Below, one piece after another: positions 1 through 14,121 of a stretch of 64,000 nucleotides of DNA. The stretch lies in contig OZ024743.1 of the NCBI GenBank assembly GCA_964016885.1, positions 365,304,001 through 365,368,000 on the forward strand, in the 5' to 3' direction. The stretch's first letter is position 1; each line of letters starts with the position of its first letter. Below the pieces are notes generated by a model. The model saw only the letters and a program-made list of their open reading frames with translations, searched no databases and was not told the origin of the DNA. The position numbers and the translations under genes are program-made. The DNA is from Eledone cirrhosa (lineage: Eukaryota).

Positions 1-1175
1 GACTCCATAACAACACATAACCTGCTATTTCTTCCTTGCTGCGCCAACAGTGGCCAGCAAATCTGAGTCTCTGTCCACGTGTTGACCTGCTGATAGGTGC
101 TATATTGCCATAGAGATCCTTATTTGTTGGGTGTTCCCTCTAAGACACGTTTAAAGCAGCACGGAGCATACGTGTGTAATAACCGTCTAGCTTTTTCTCC
201 AGTTTCGACGTTAGCGTCCAAGTGATAGAGCCATAAACAAGCACAGATTCCACAGCAGCTCTGAAGAAATTCCTTTTCAGTTTGGCCGGCAGCTTTGATT
301 TCCATATTTTTTCCATTGTATTCAATGCTCCTCAGGCTTTTCTCAGTCTGATGTTAACATCATGTTCCGTGGAGGCGATATAGCTACCCAGGTATTTGAA
401 GTCGTCAACTTGCTTGATTATATCGCCGTTTAGACTTCGCATACCAACTGAGGAGTCTTGGTTCAGGCAAATATATTGTTTTGCCTGCGTTGACATAGAG
501 TCCGATTTCCCTTGCAACTGATTCGATGCTGTGAAGTAGTGATGTTGCATCCTTAAGGTACAGTAGTCAACGAGGACCGCTAAATCATCCGCATAGTCAG
601 CATCAGTGATTTTCTGAGCTGCATGGTGTCTACACTTTCGCTTTGTGAAAGTAAAACCAAGCTCTAAGTTTTCGTCCAGGGCTTTTCTCAATAGATAGTC
701 GAGGCAGATGATAAAAATATATGGTGCAAGAGTATCCACTTGGAGTACTCCTGCAATGATGTCAAAGAAGTTGGTATCTCCATCAGGTGAGCGCACTATT
801 GCGCGGGTGTGTTTATATAACACCATGATGGCATTTACTGTTTCCTTTGGCAAGCCGTAGGCTAGAAGTATCTCTCTCATCCTCCCACGATGGATAGAAT
901 CGAATGCTTTTGAAAGTCAATAAACAGGAGAGTTGCTGGGAGGTTTTTGGCTTTTACGCCTTCCAAGATACGCCGAATAGTAAGTATTTGCCCTGATGTT
1001 GATCTGTTGGTGCGGAAGCCCTTTTGGTTTTTTCTCAGCAAGGGGTCAATGACAGGTCTTATTCTGTCAAGCAACATGAGATTGTATATCTTTGCAGCAA
1101 TTGCCATTAGTGTTATGCCACGGTAGTTTTTAGCCATTCCAAGATCGCCCTTGTGGAAAAGGGAGTATACATCCC
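1..1175 (-). mobile_element. RTE-clade non-LTR retrotransposon, degenerate reverse transcriptase fragment (runs off window start)
   Basis: Frameshifted ORFs 877-1137, 332-880, 140-325 give NYRGITL, QKGFR, FIDF, GVLQ.DTLAP, YADD, FKYLGS and the RTE-type thumb (ESVLVYG..TW). Confidence 0.92.
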
Positions 1176-2004
1176 TCCAGCATTTACTACACTAGCAGAA
1201 AAACCACCTTTCGGGTGGTTTTCTGCTAGCATGTGTAGTGTGCATATTGATATTATACGCAAATATTTATGCATGTTGATATGATATATCAAATAAAATC
1301 GTAATTGACAATATCCACAGAAATTGAACAAAGTCTGTGTTACACTCTCTTCTGCAATCAGTAAAGTAATCCATGAGACATTTAAAAAAGACGATATTAT
1401 ATATAAACTGCATTAGGAGAAAATTAGCGACGGAAATATATGCGATGTTTTTATAAGTGTTATAATATAACCGGAAGTGTTGACATTTGAAAATTTTAAA
1501 GAAGTGAATATTTAAATAAGCAATAAAATATATTTAATCAAGAGTTACAAAATTTACTTATTCAAAGTAATCCAACTTATTTTACAAACGGGGTAAAAAA
1601 AAATATATTCTGGACGCAGTGCCGCACTCCTTTCTTTATTATAGTTAAGATATGTTCTGCACACTATCCTTACATATATCTAGATGTTTGAATCGAAAAT
1701 GTCTGTTGAATTCGCAATTGCTTGTGTACCTCCCCCCCCATAAACATACTTCTACATACACACACCCACACCCACACATTTACATACACACAAACACATG
1801 TACCCACATATTTACACACACATACACACACATCTACATACACACAAACACATGTACGCACACATTTACATACACACACATACAATAAGCTTCTACATAG
1901 TTTTCGTTTCACAAATCAATGGTCAACGCGAGAAAATAGATGAAGATACGTGCCTAACGCATCACTTAATGCTACTAAACCTGAAAACCCGTGGTTTCCA
2001 AAAG

Positions 2005-2052
<48 letters not shown>

Positions 2053-2056
<4 letters not shown>

Positions 2057-2210
2057 CAAAGAGGGTGTGGTAAGATACCAGGTGGACCATAACGCACCAG
2101 AGTACTCAATACTTTGGGTAGTAAAGTGGGTAATAGGAAAAGAGTCAGGACCCCGACGGCTGAGCTCCGGTCGTTTCGGCATCTAAATCCGAACTGAGCC
2201 ACCAGTATTA
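2053..2210 (-). repeat. 3' part of hammerhead-bearing pLTR/retrozyme family A (3' half of ribozyme plus terminal tail), in (TA)n
   Basis: Minus strand reads GAAA-CGACCGGAGCTCAGCCG-TC-GGGGTC followed by the tail also seen at 31122-31260 and 62815-62878. Confidence 0.7.
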
Positions 2211-2535
2211 ATTTATCTAATCTAATCTGGCTGAGTTTACACTCGCAAATAAAAAGAACCAGGGTCACCCCTAGGAGCATTGGATTTGGTGTACTTCATA
2301 TTTGTTTCGGTTGCTGAATACAATCAGGAGTCGCTGTTTCTCCTGAAGGTCAATAGTTCTCTTCTAACTCGAGCGGGAGTGCCTTTCCATTGTCAATTTA
2401 CATTGATCATCTGCAAAGCCGCATTGTTCTCAGAACCACTGCACCAGTCTACACCAGTCTTTCGATGCGTGCAGCTGGAACTACTGCCACCATTGGATTT
2501 GGCAGGATCGCAACTCTTTTCTACACTGGAGCAGC

Positions 2536-2635
2536 GTGAAATAAAGTGTCTTGCTTAAGGAGACAACACATCTCCTGGTCCGAAAATCGAACTCACAACC
2601 TTTCGATTGCAAGCCCAATGCTCTAACCACTAATC
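2536..2635 (-). mobile_element. tRNA-derived SINE fragment (further copies about 24367-24430 and 30065-30175)
   Basis: tRNA-like head with B-box-like GAGTTCGAT on minus strand followed by the shared core CAAGACACTTTATTTCAC. Confidence 0.7.
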
Positions 2636-2730
2636 CAACGGCGGGAATCTAGCTGAACATATCAAGGGGCACAGTCCATATATGGGCATTTGCCTTTTCT
2701 ACTTTGACTGCATGCCCATATATGGACTGT

Positions 2731-2826
2731 ACCCCTTGATAAGGTCAGGTAGATTCCCGCCGTTCAAATACTAGTGGCTCAGTTCGGATCTAGCTGTCGA
2801 AACAGCCGGAGCTCATCTCTCGGGGT
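2731..2826 (+). ncRNA. Type I hammerhead ribozyme, U3:A8 core variant (family A)
   Basis: ACCCC-TTGATAA-long stem II (GGTCAGGTAGATTC..GGATCTAGCTGTC)-GAAA-decayed stem III-TC-GGGGT. Confidence 0.75.
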
Positions 2827-2854
2827 CTTGACTATTTTCATATATATCTATCTA

Positions 2855-2932
<78 letters not shown>

Positions 2933-2933
2933 T

Positions 2934-3250
2934 AAAAGCTAAACAGAAATAACAATACAATTGGTACAGTATTTGGAAGGAATATATAGCAGGAAGAGGG
3001 TCTTAACGTTTCGGACGCTAGTCCTTCATCAGAAGAAAGTGTGAGAAATTAGATAGATTGAAGAGACGGGCAGGGCGGAATCGGAAAAAATGATTTTAGA
3101 GAAAAATAACAGGTCCATTCATGTTGCCATCTCTGGAAAACTGTTGATGCTGGCGTTTGGTGTATGATAATCCTTTTGAAGAAAAGTGGATGATGTATCG
3201 AGTCTACCTGAAATGGAAAAAACCGTTTTGTATACGTGTGCGCGTGCGAA

Positions 3251-3308
<58 letters not shown>

Positions 3309-3840
3309 GTTATACGTCCGTACGAAGCTAAGAGGATATGTGTGTATATGTAAGTAAAAGAGTGTGTGTGTGCTTGTAAGTACGAAGCTGTGAGCAAAAG
3401 TATGTTAATATAAGGGAGTGTGTGTGTGTATACAGAGCTGTGAAGGGAAAAGTAGAGGTGTGTATGCGTATTTTATTGGTCTGTATCAACTGTAAGAGTA
3501 TATGTTTCTGACCATAACAGAGACATAGGAATCTAGGGGTGAATGTACAAGCGCATGTGTGATAACGGACGGGATAAACGTGACCGGGATGAAAGGTAGA
3601 GAAGTAAGCACGAACATATGTGTGTAATATTAAAGAAATTGGGGAGAGGAGTTGAGTAGGGAACACCGAAGGGCATAGTCAATGTGAGTGGAGGTGTGGG
3701 TCAAGTGTTACAGCGAGGACGAGAACAAGAATGAGAGCCGGGTGGAGTTGTAGGAGAGGACGAGAAGGAACTATGTGCCAGGAGGTTGCGGAGTTTACGG
3801 GCGCGCTTAACTGCGGTGATAAGTGGATTGTGTTGTTATT
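2934..3840 (-). repeat. Dispersed repeat with internal (CA)n and hammerhead near its 3' end (PLE pLTR-like); second copy 50289-50950
   Basis: Clear colinear similarity between 2934-3545 and 50289-50950; hammerhead at 3001-3036. Right boundary approximate. Confidence 0.75.
3001..3036 (-). ncRNA. Minimal type I hammerhead ribozyme
   Basis: TCTT-CTGATGA-A-GGAC(TAGC)GTCC-GAAA-CG-TT-AAGA; the homologue at 50375-50410 has a mutated core. Confidence 0.8.
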
Positions 3841-4009
3841 TCTGTTTACCTTTTACATGCATATATATATCAACGCTTACGTGGACCTCCAAAGTTCGCT
3901 GGATTTTCAAACTGGATTTTCACTCTGAAACAAGATCTACACCTGGAGTTTTCAAGAACTTCCACCAGGAAATATTTTCGTATCACTGATATTTTCTTTG
4001 CTTCTTTCA

Positions 4010-4081
<72 letters not shown>

Positions 4082-4559
4082 GAAAACAGGGAAAAAGAGA
4101 CGATTATTAGGAAGAAAAATATATTTTTTCCTTTTTTGTTTCTCTCTCTCTTTTTTCTGGGTTAGAAAATGATTAAAACGAAATGTTTTACTTTGTGTGA
4201 AGTGTTAAGGTATTAGTTGATTTATTTATTATTAAACAATGGCATTTATTTATCTATTTATATATTTAATAATTGACTATTACCGGTTTCACCATTTTTA
4301 TGCATTATCAAATGATAGTGATATGTATTAGTGTGGTGTCGCACATGTTAAACAGAAGGTGCAGAAAGAATAATGTTATTTACAAACAAGGTTTATGAAA
4401 TGAAAAGAAAAAAGAAAAAGGAAAAAAACGTGCATAATGCAGAGCATAAAAAGTCAATATGGAAGAAAAATTAATGTTATTTACAGGCATAGTTATTGAA
4501 GTTAAGCAGATCAAAATGTGTTAATATAGCAAGAGTGCTTAGTTGATATATATATATAT

Positions 4560-5168
4560 GATGGTTGCCCCCTCGTTATCGAGTATGGCCATTGCACGAT
4601 ATAACATTATTAATAATTATCAATTAATGCCATCGTGCAATGTCTGTGCGTAGAGATTTTTTTTTTAAAGTGAAGAAAGACTGTGCACTGAGACAATCCC
4701 ACTCTTTGAGGGACAGTAGCTATAACCCGAAAAGAAGAAAAGATCAACGTCATCGGTAACTAGTAAGCCACAGATTTTATGTCGGCGTTATCCCAGTTTC
4801 CTGAGTTGCTTTCTCCTAGAAGAATGACCTGACAAAGGCTAGGGGCCCTTCACTCCCAGTGGTTTAACCACGCGATCGGATATCCAGCCCGATTATTTCT
4901 ATGTCCTCGCGCATATACATACACATGCATACATGTATATACATTTATACATATACACATATATACATATTTACACATTTTTGGATAACCGTTGACTCAT
5001 GAGTTCCTCCGCCCTTTGTCAGGTTTTGGTTTTTGTCCTGCAGGGTGTCCAAAATCACCTTACTCACCAACTAAACTCGGTGGGGTTGCCGGTTTAGTCG
5101 CCGACGACCCAACCATGCGACAGGTTATACTGGGTTACATATTACCAGTAACACTCAAGAGTGACCCG
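4560..5168 (-). mobile_element. About 0.6-kb non-autonomous retroelement, probably RTE-derived (copies 14122-14684 +, 18449-19078 -, truncated 42493-42550 -)
   Basis: Multiple colinear copies; shared end CTCGATAACGAGGGGGCAGCCATC (consensus) followed by an (ATGT)n tail in most copies; truncated copies keep that end. Confidence 0.65.
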
Positions 5169-5171
5169 ATA

Positions 5172-6593
5172 TCTCTATATATATAAAACGGTAGATGTCT
5201 GTCTGTGTGTGTGTATGATTTTTATGCATTTCCACATTTCTCTACCGATTTTGATGATTTTTTTTCCAATGTGCTCCAAATTTACCAGGGCAGGTCAACG
5301 CGTAATTAATTTTGCCAGAAGTTTCCTGCTTCTATGAAAGAAAATTGATAAAACTAAATACATGCTGTAACCCTCTCTCTTACACGCTTCATTACTCTCA
5401 CTACTACCATCAAAAATATATAAAACTGCATACATGTTGCAACTCTCTTTAAAAGGTTCATCCTTTCCTCTACTCCACTCTCAATCTCCTCTGCAACTCT
5501 CTTTAAAAGGTTCATCACTCTCTCTACTCCCCTTCAATCTCCTCTGCAACTCTCTTTAAAAGGTTACTGCCTCCGTCTACTACTCTATCACCATTACAAT
5601 TTAGAACAACGACAAAATTCTTTTGAAGGAACGCGACACAAACTTTGAAACCTAAGCAACACAACAACCATAGCTTTACTCTCTCCGTTGCTCTTCCCTC
5701 TCTCTACAAGAGATTATTCACCTCTCTATAATTTAACTGCTTTACTCTCTTCACGCTTGAGGTTTAACACTAGCTTCACTCTATCCGTCGCTCTTCTCTC
5801 TGTATATAATAGATCATTCCCCCTATTCGTTCGGGAACGCAAAAAAAACTTTGATAACTAAGCAACACATCATTTTATACAACAACAAACAGTCATAACG
5901 ACACTCATACATCAAATATCAAAATTTAAAAAGCCGATAACACTAAATACATACTGCTCTCTCAACGTTACATTTTACACAGTTACATTTTACATCAAAT
6001 AACAAATATTCAAAAGCAACAGATGAATTTATAAAACAACAAACTCTCTGTCGCTCTTCACTCCCTATATGACAACACTGCAGTGGAGCGTTCCGTATTG
6101 ACATACGGCTTATCTGGGGCATTTTCAATCGGCTTATTGCAAATAACAACCCGCAAAATAACACTTCATGTAACAGATTAATGCTATAGACATATGAATC
6201 GGAATGTAACCCGTGAACTATATATATAAATATACACATACAAATCTATCTATCTATCTATCTATCTATTTATCTATCTAGGGCGGGTAAAATTACCGAG
6301 ATCCATGGACGAGTTCTCTCTAGCGGTCTCTGTCCCTCATTATCGCTGCCATGTCCTGCGTCTCCAATAGATCAGTGTCTGTCCTTAGGGCATCAACATA
6401 TGTTAACTTCGGTCTTCCTCTTCCAGTGTGTCCATGCAGGGCTCCCACAGGAGCACTGAGTGCAGTGTCAACTCTGGATGTCGGTGAGCATGTCCAGTTC
6501 GTGAGTTTTTAACAGGCACTCACAAATAAACGTTTCTCATTGGAGGTGCTATTACCAATGTTCTTACCCGTGCAACGCCGGGATAGGCTGCTA

Positions 6594-6594
<1 letters not shown>
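5172..6594 (+). mobile_element. Non-autonomous Helitron
   Basis: A|TCTCTATATATATAAAA 5' end; 3' hairpin CCCGTGCAACGCCGGG (6567-6582) then CTAG|T; internal short tandem duplications. Confidence 0.8.
6281..6500 (-). mobile_element. RTE LINE 3' fragment nested in the Helitron
   Basis: Minus translation HG..GRGRPKLTYVDAL..DT...MRDRD resembles the RTE C-terminus; adjacent (TAGA)n tail. Confidence 0.7.
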
Positions 6595-6651
<57 letters not shown>

Positions 6652-6660
<9 letters not shown>

Positions 6661-7055
6661 TGTACGTACAATATATTTGATAATATACTGTACATTTATT
6701 TTAAAACATTTTGAAGACCATTCGCTATGAATTTTAAAGTAGTGACTATGTCACGTACTTTCTAATTTTTGCTGGACCGGTATGTAAACATAACTAGAAT
6801 TCTATAAGAATCGAGTCTCTATAACTCTCGGCAGAAGCGAAGGGGTATGTAGTCTTGACAACCACTTACAAGTAAGAAATGGTACTACCGTCGATTACCC
6901 CCCATTACTTTTACCAAGACTAAGTACGTGACGTAGTCACTACTTTGAAATTCATAGCAAATGGTCTTCAAAATGTTTAAAAATAAACATACAGAATATT
7001 ATCAAATATACTATACGTACATTCATATATACATCGCTATTTCAGAGCACCAATA

Positions 7056-7058
<3 letters not shown>
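6652..7058 (+). repeat. Retrozyme/pLTR family B copy with inverted terminal segment, in (TA)n
   Basis: About 105-bp inverted repeat (6655-6760 vs 6922-7030) around a hammerhead; homologous to 24436-24955. Confidence 0.75.
6849..6898 (+). ncRNA. Type I hammerhead, U3:A8 variant (family B)
   Basis: GTAGTC-TTGACAA-weak stem II-GAAA-TGGTACTACCG-TC-GATTAC. Confidence 0.6.
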
Positions 7059-7094
<36 letters not shown>

Positions 7095-7772
7095 AAAGTA
7101 AATAACAACAACAAGGAGTACAGTTACGAAAGGTGTTATGTATTAGGTTCACACTATATATATTGTTTTCAACTGTACAAAGATTGATTTCAAATCAACT
7201 TCTCCATAGAACACCCATCTATTTGTTATTCTTCATGAAATCTTTAAAATGTCAGTAATATCAAAAGGAATTTGTTCTTGTATAATCTCATTTATAATTC
7301 CATAATTACTGAAGACAAGAAACTAATTTATCGAATATTATCATTATTAATTAAACCTTTCTAGGCCCAGAGTTAATAATTCGAAAATATCATTTTATAA
7401 ATGTATTTATATCTTTATGTGTCTAAAAGCTTTAGTAATAAGCAGTAAAACGTTTGTTTGTTTCTGTGTTTTGGATGCCACAGGCTTGATCGTGTTAATT
7501 TTGGTGTATCTTTCTGAAATCGATCCGTTAATTTCAATAATATATGGGGATCAACTCCATCATATGTACCTGATAAATCGTTTTAGTTTGAATCTAAAAG
7601 AAATTCACGTTTGTTTTTATAGTATAAATTACCTAAGGAAGTGTATAATGGAAATTTTATTTAACAATATTAGTTATTCTAGTATTGCAACCAGCACGAT
7701 ACACAATAAATATCGTTTTACTATTTCCATTAAATATTTCAAATCAATTGCTATTAGCCTACATTCAGTGCA

Positions 7773-7966
7773 TAATAATTGTTTCTACTTTAGGCACAAG
7801 GCCAGCAATTACACCAGTGCATTACTGGTACTTTATTTTATCGACCCCGTAAGGATGAAAGGCAAAGTCAACCTCGGCGGGATTTGAACTCAGATCGTAG
7901 AGGGACGTAACTATGCTGGAAAGCATGGCGTCCGACCTTCTACCGATACTGCCAATCCACCGCCCT
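7773..7966 (-). mobile_element. tRNA-derived SINE, abundant cephalopod-type family
   Basis: B-box GAGTTCAAATCCCGCC and core CTTTCATCCTTACGGGGTCGATAAAATAAAGTACCAG; more than 10 copies in the window. Confidence 0.85.
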
Positions 7967-10067
7967 CATTCAGTACATAATAATGTTCCGTATTAAGACA
8001 CAAGTATTTGAGTTTATAATGTAAGTTTATGGATCTTTGGTCTTTATCATTTCGCCGGCGTTGCGTTGTGCCTAAAACTGAGGAACTTGTCTAGCCGTGA
8101 AAAATTTAACTGATGTAAACAATTAAGCACTGTATAACTAGCTAATGTTTTGTCAACTTACAGTGCATAGTCAAAAACTTTGTATAGAAATATTTCATGA
8201 TAGAGACACTCTCATGGCTTCAATTTATTTTCTCATATAACCACGCTGAAGTGGACTTGTTATATGTTAATTACATCTCAGATATATTTTTCCCATAACC
8301 ACGTTAAAGTGGACTTGATGTATGTTAATCATCACCCAGAAATATTCTTTAGAGGTTTCCCAATGTCAGCTGAACACAACTATGATATGAATTTAATTCT
8401 AAAACTAATTTCAAACTATATATTTCATGCATTTAGTTATGCAATAATTCTAGAATACTAGAAAAACAGCAAACAGCAGATATGCTCACATTTAGAAATT
8501 AGCATCCACTTAACACATTAAAACGACTACATTTAAATAGAACCATAGCATATGCAACACACGCTACTAAAACAAAGATATATGTACAAGCACGTACCCT
8601 AATACACAAACGTTTTCGAGATTAATCACACTATGCGATACCTTAAAGAAGTGTTCTCCAAAAAAGTCTCGGATCGACCAAGCTTTGTGAGTGACATTTT
8701 GTAGACGGAAACTAAGTGGAACCAGATCGAGAATATGTTCCTTCTCTTAATCCGTCACCCAGTTTAACACCACCTCCTGGTACTTGATTTGGTGGAGACC
8801 ACTCTGTTGCAAGCATTTGGACTATGTCGGTTAATGTTAAGGTTAGGTTTGGAGTGTTGATTCTGTTTGGCTTAAGGTTAAATCTTAGTTTAGGGTTATG
8901 GTTGTGATTTGGGTTAAGCCCCCCCCCCCCTCCCCCCCCGCCATGTCACCCCTTCTTCCAACTACGCCATAAAAAAGATAGACACATACAAGTATTAGGA
9001 CTATTGGTATAATTTTATCTAAAACTAAAAGGAAATGTTATATGATGTTGAATGTATGTAGATCCAAATAATAAGCTTCTGTTGTGTTGTAATAGCAAAT
9101 GTTTCATCTTCTAAAGAAACAAATTGTTGCCCTTAATATCACTGGAACATCTGGTACGATGTTCCAATAGAAACATTCATGTAAATTTATTTATAAATTT
9201 TTGGTATTCTTCCAAGTTTTTACTCTCTCAAACAGTTTTTTTAACTCAATATTTATATCTCTCTAATTTAGTTTTTCTTTATTTTCTTTTTCCTTCTTTC
9301 TCATTCATCTTTCACTCCCCGTTTCTATACATCCTTTATTATACTTGAACTCAAACACTTTATTCTTTTATTTTTATCTAATTTTCTTATTCCTTTAGCA
9401 CATTTTCTTTATTTCTTTAAAACATGTATTTTATACGCTATATTCCTTTCGTTCTTTTCTAATACACATATTACTTAACCTTCTCGGTTTTGACTTAGGT
9501 AGTTTATATGTTTTTATTATTTTCTCTTCATTTCCTGCTTTCTGTTTCTTTGATTTAATCCATCCGTCCTTTGCTAAATTTTATCTTCTCTCCATATATG
9601 TAGAGTTCTCTTTATTTCATTATTTTACAATATCGTCCCCTCTCTTGCCTTTTCAACGTCCATCATGAATTGCTACCCTTCACATTTTATATTAGAATCA
9701 CACCGAAAAATGGCAAAGGATTGATTCGCGTTATAACATTCACTTCTTCCACGTGAAAAGTTTTATAAACTGATATTCCGAACATAACTATATCTCGCAA
9801 GGAAATGAGAAATTAGAGAAGTGAAATGTATACAGCTTCTAGTATTACTCCTTCCCCCCACCCCCCACACTCTCTTTTCAAGTACTGATTATAACTATTC
9901 AGGTCTCCGCTTAAGCCATTTGGAAAATCAATATATCCCTTGGCCTTGTGTAGACGATTTACAGTGGAATTACAGATTGGTTACAGTTGCTGAAAGGAAT
10001 AATTTTGGACAATAAGAGATCTCATGTACAGATGTTTAATTCTCAAGGACAACTATTATATAATTAA

Positions 10068-10255
10068 ATGGCAGTATCAGTAGAGGGCCGGACGCCATGC
10101 TTTGATGCATAGAGTTACGGCCCTTTCCAATCTGAGTTCAAATCCCGCCGAGGTTAACTTTGCCTTTCATCCTTACGGGGTCGATAAAGTCGATAAAAGT
10201 ACCAGAAATGCACTGGGTAATTGCTGGCCTTGTGCCAAAAGTAGAAACAATTATA
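10068..10255 (+). mobile_element. tRNA-derived SINE (same family)
   Basis: Same head, B-box and core. Confidence 0.85.
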
Positions 10256-10299
10256 TAATTAATTGATACTCTTAAATTAATGTTGAATTCGTTGTGCGG

Positions 10300-11065
10300 G
10301 GAATGGTTTGTTTTGGATGTGGGTTGCGGTTAGGGTTAGGGCTAGAATTTAGGTTAGTGTTTGAGTTTGGGTTTGTGCTAGTGTTAATGTAAGGGTTAAG
10401 GTTAAAGCTAGTTTTTAAGATAGTACTGTGTTAAATTAGAGTTAGGTTTAAGGGTACTTTAGGATTAAGAGTAGTTTATAATTAACGAATTGTTGGGGGT
10501 ATGTTTAGGGTTAGATTTGATGTTAGTTGGTGTACAGGCTGGAGTACGGCTTTGGGTTTTGAGTTAAGGTTATGATTATAATTAGGGTTATAGTGTAAGT
10601 GCAGGGTTAACATTAGGTGCTAAAGATTAACGTTTAGTACCAAGGCCTGGATTAGGCTTAGGGTAAGGAACTAGGTTAGGGTTAAATTCGGGGCTGTGGT
10701 TATGTTTAGAATTAGAGTTATGGTTATCTTTAAACAATTTCAACGTAAGGGTACTGGTTAGGAAAAGTGCTTTGGTTAATGCTTGTAATAGGTTATGGTT
10801 AGTGTTGTATGATGGTTATGTTTAGGGTTAAGTAGAGGGTTGAGAGTAAGTTAGGGTGCCGGCTAAGGTTAGGTGTAATTTCACGGTTAAATTTTGACTA
10901 GCGGTTGGAGTTAGAAATTAGTATTAGGGTATATATATGTATAGATTTATGTTATGTGTTAGTCGTAATGTTATTATGTTTAGAGTATGCATTAGTCTGT
11001 TTAGTTTAGGATTAGGCTGTATTTTATATTTAGGTTTGGGGTTGGGTCTATGATTTGGGTTAGTT
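10300..11065 (+). repeat. Degenerate TTAGGG-like hexamer array (smaller patch 8830-8915)
   Basis: Recurring GGTTAG/TTAGGG/GGTTAA units with about 6-bp periodicity and strong G/T strand bias. Confidence 0.7.
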
Positions 11066-11683
11066 TCTTTCTTCGTCGACCAGAGAGCAGATATATTACA
11101 AAGAAGTTCAGAATAACATTAACACTTAGAAACAATAGAGAGGTAGGTTACTCTAGATATACAGATGCTCTATATACATTGTATTCTTTGAAAATGCATC
11201 CTTAGATAACTGATATACACCATATAAGCACTATGTATGCTCATATATATTTTACTATTACATTGATAAGACATAAACATAGAGTAGAGAAGCTCTCTCA
11301 TTTGTTTGTTGTTATAATTGTATATTAGTACAGTATTTAAATAGACATTTATTAAAGTTCCATGTATCGAAGAACCTGCTTAAGACAGGACACTGTTACT
11401 TTCTTCGAATCTAATACAAAACATTCAAATCAACAACAAACGAAAAATTAACGTCTGTTTACAAAAAAATGAGATTTCATTTTTCATTGCAATAAAATAT
11501 ATGTTTAACATATTTAATTATATATGTGTTTTTTTATTTATCTATTTATTTTTAATATACGTTTAAGTGTCATTTGAATATATTTAAAGAATAGTTTATT
11601 TACTCATATAAATTCAAATTAAAAGAATAAGTAAAATGTCTTTTAAGACATGGGTAATAAATCTTGATTCTAGAACGGATATA

Positions 11684-12394
11684 TTAGGTGGGACAGAAAG
11701 TTTTCGCCGATCTTCAAATATTTATTCTGACGTTTAGGAAAATTTTACAAGTTAAAATAATCGCCATCATTTGCGATTACCATCTGCCATCGTTTAGGAA
11801 GGTATATCCCAGAATTCTTCTGACTTTGATGCAAAGAATTCCGTCAGCCATTGATTTAACTGGGTCTTCATTGGAGAAGGTCTTTGACAGCATTGCATTG
11901 CTCATTGAGAGCAGAATGTGATAGTATGTAGGCGTGAGATCGGGCAAATACGGTGGGTGCGGCAGAATCTCCCAAACTAGCTCCAGCATCTTTTTACGCG
12001 ACCGAATGTTATCATCAAAGAATAAAGCAGGACAATGGTGCAGGCGCATCTCTGCGATTTTCAAGGCTGTAATTACCGGATTGGAAGCGTACGAGCCAGT
12101 CCCTGGTACTGGGTTCAGACATGATGTGTGACTCAAATGCATTGTTAATGCGACGACTCAATGCTGCTGTGCTTAGGCCAGATTTGAAGTCATAAAGTAA
12201 ACAGCCACGAATAAACAATTTGGATAGATCCCTGTTGCTCACCCTTTGACGGTGTAACAGAAAATAAGAAATTCACATTGTGCATACCAACGCACTTCTT
12301 ATATATGTACCCATGCGCAACCATCAACATTTCCAGAAAACTCTATCAAAATACCTCTTTTCGCAAAACGGCAGGAACTTCCTGTTCAACCCAA
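11684..12394 (-). mobile_element. Internally deleted mariner DNA transposon
   Basis: Degenerate TIRs (TTAGGTGGGACAGAAAG / TTGGGTTGAACAGGAAG) flanked by TA; N-terminal HTH (12015-12242) joined to C-terminal HPPYLPDL (YSPDL-like) region. Confidence 0.88.
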
Positions 12395-13129
12395 TAAAAT
12401 TAGGTAATTACAGAAGCGAAGTATTAAAACGCCGGCCGGTTTAGCATCCAATCAGATTCTTTTGTATATTTAGTTCATTCTACTCGAAGAGTTTCTTTCG
12501 TTTCAATAATTCGGTCCACAGCCTTAGTTTCCACCCCACCGCTGTTTTCTTACAGACATCAGCTTGTAAATATTTAGTTTGGACAGTGACCATATTAATC
12601 TCAGTTGCTAGAGAGGATTTATAGAGGTCATAGGTAATTTCTTTCCTCCTTTGACTAACTAATTTTTAAAAAATACAAAAAAAAAAAAAAATAGAACCGG
12701 CAGTGACTATAACTAAGTATTCCCCATTTATTTCATTTCTATATGATAATTTCTTTACCTCCGGGTCAAACACAATGGTTTTCTTTGAGGACCTTAGGAC
12801 AGACAGTTTCTCATAAAAGAAACAAAACCCTGGTTTTCCTGTGATTTATTCTCTAGTGGTATAATTCATTGTTATGTTAAATATTCCTATCTCTGTCATC
12901 AGTGTACTCTAAAGTAATTATTTCTACTTTTGACACAAGGCCAGCAATTACCCAGTGCATTACTGGTAAATGCTACATCATCAACAGAGACTGATAAAAT
13001 AAAAATACTGAATCAGAATGTTGCAACACGTTAATCGGTAACATAAGAATCCCCACTTCTCTCCCCCTCTCTCTAAAGTCAGTACTAGATTTTGTTTCAA
13101 ATTATCATAATTAAACAATTAAGAAACTC

Positions 13130-13927
13130 CATCAACAAGGCTTCTCTCTTTCATGAAACTGTAGACCCAAATCACTGGCACAAGCACGCCTACAGTTGGC
13201 AGTGCACATGTGGTAAATCTTGCTCTGGCTCTTTCTCATGTTCCTTCTTGTATTTTGGATCAATTTAATTCTGCATATTTTACACCTTTCTTTACAGCAC
13301 TCCTCCGCTGTTTGCAGGCAGACGCTGTCGTCTCCCATGCAGTCGTAATCAGCAGGCCACCTAATTAATTGAGCTGACGTTTGATGATATCCTGATAACG
13401 ACATTCTGGCTTCTACATTTCAGCTCACTATAAAGCACAGTCTTGGAGATACTTGTGTCCTCTATACAAATTACAACGTAGCTGTGTGACTCCAGCAGGA
13501 TGGACTCAACGCTAGCCATATCTGAAGAATCACCTGATTGAAGATGTAGTCTTACCAGGCAATATCCATTGTGTATTGTAGATGGCGCAACAGGCAACTC
13601 TTAAGTTTTTAATGTGGCGACGATAGAATGTGTATGTCTCAGCAGAATACAGCAGACAGGATAACACTAATGTTCAGTAAATTTTGTATTTTGTTGACAG
13701 TTTTATGCTACTTTACTTCCACAGACAGTCATTGAGTTTTCTGAAAGTAACTGCAACAGACTGGTTACGGTCATTCAACTCTGCATCTAGGCGGTTGTCA
13801 TCAGAAATTGCATTGCCTAAAAAGGCGAACATCTTCACTACATTCAGAGGCTGACTCGAAATTAGGATAATTGCAGGTTTATATCCCAGTATTCCGGGTT
13901 CCGATTGGCACAAGACTTCAGTCTTTT

Positions 13928-13930
<3 letters not shown>
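13130..13930 (-). mobile_element. Degenerate RTE LINE C-terminal fragment
   Basis: LNVVKMFAFLGNAIS.D..LDAEL and KTVLYSEL peptides typical of RTE ORFs; many stops. Confidence 0.65.
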
Positions 13931-14022
<92 letters not shown>

Positions 14023-14121
14023 TATATTCATGTTTGTTTATATATGTATATATGTATAATTGTATGTGCATGTGTGTGTACGTACGTGTATCCGTGTGCA
14101 TGTACGTATGTATGTATGCAT

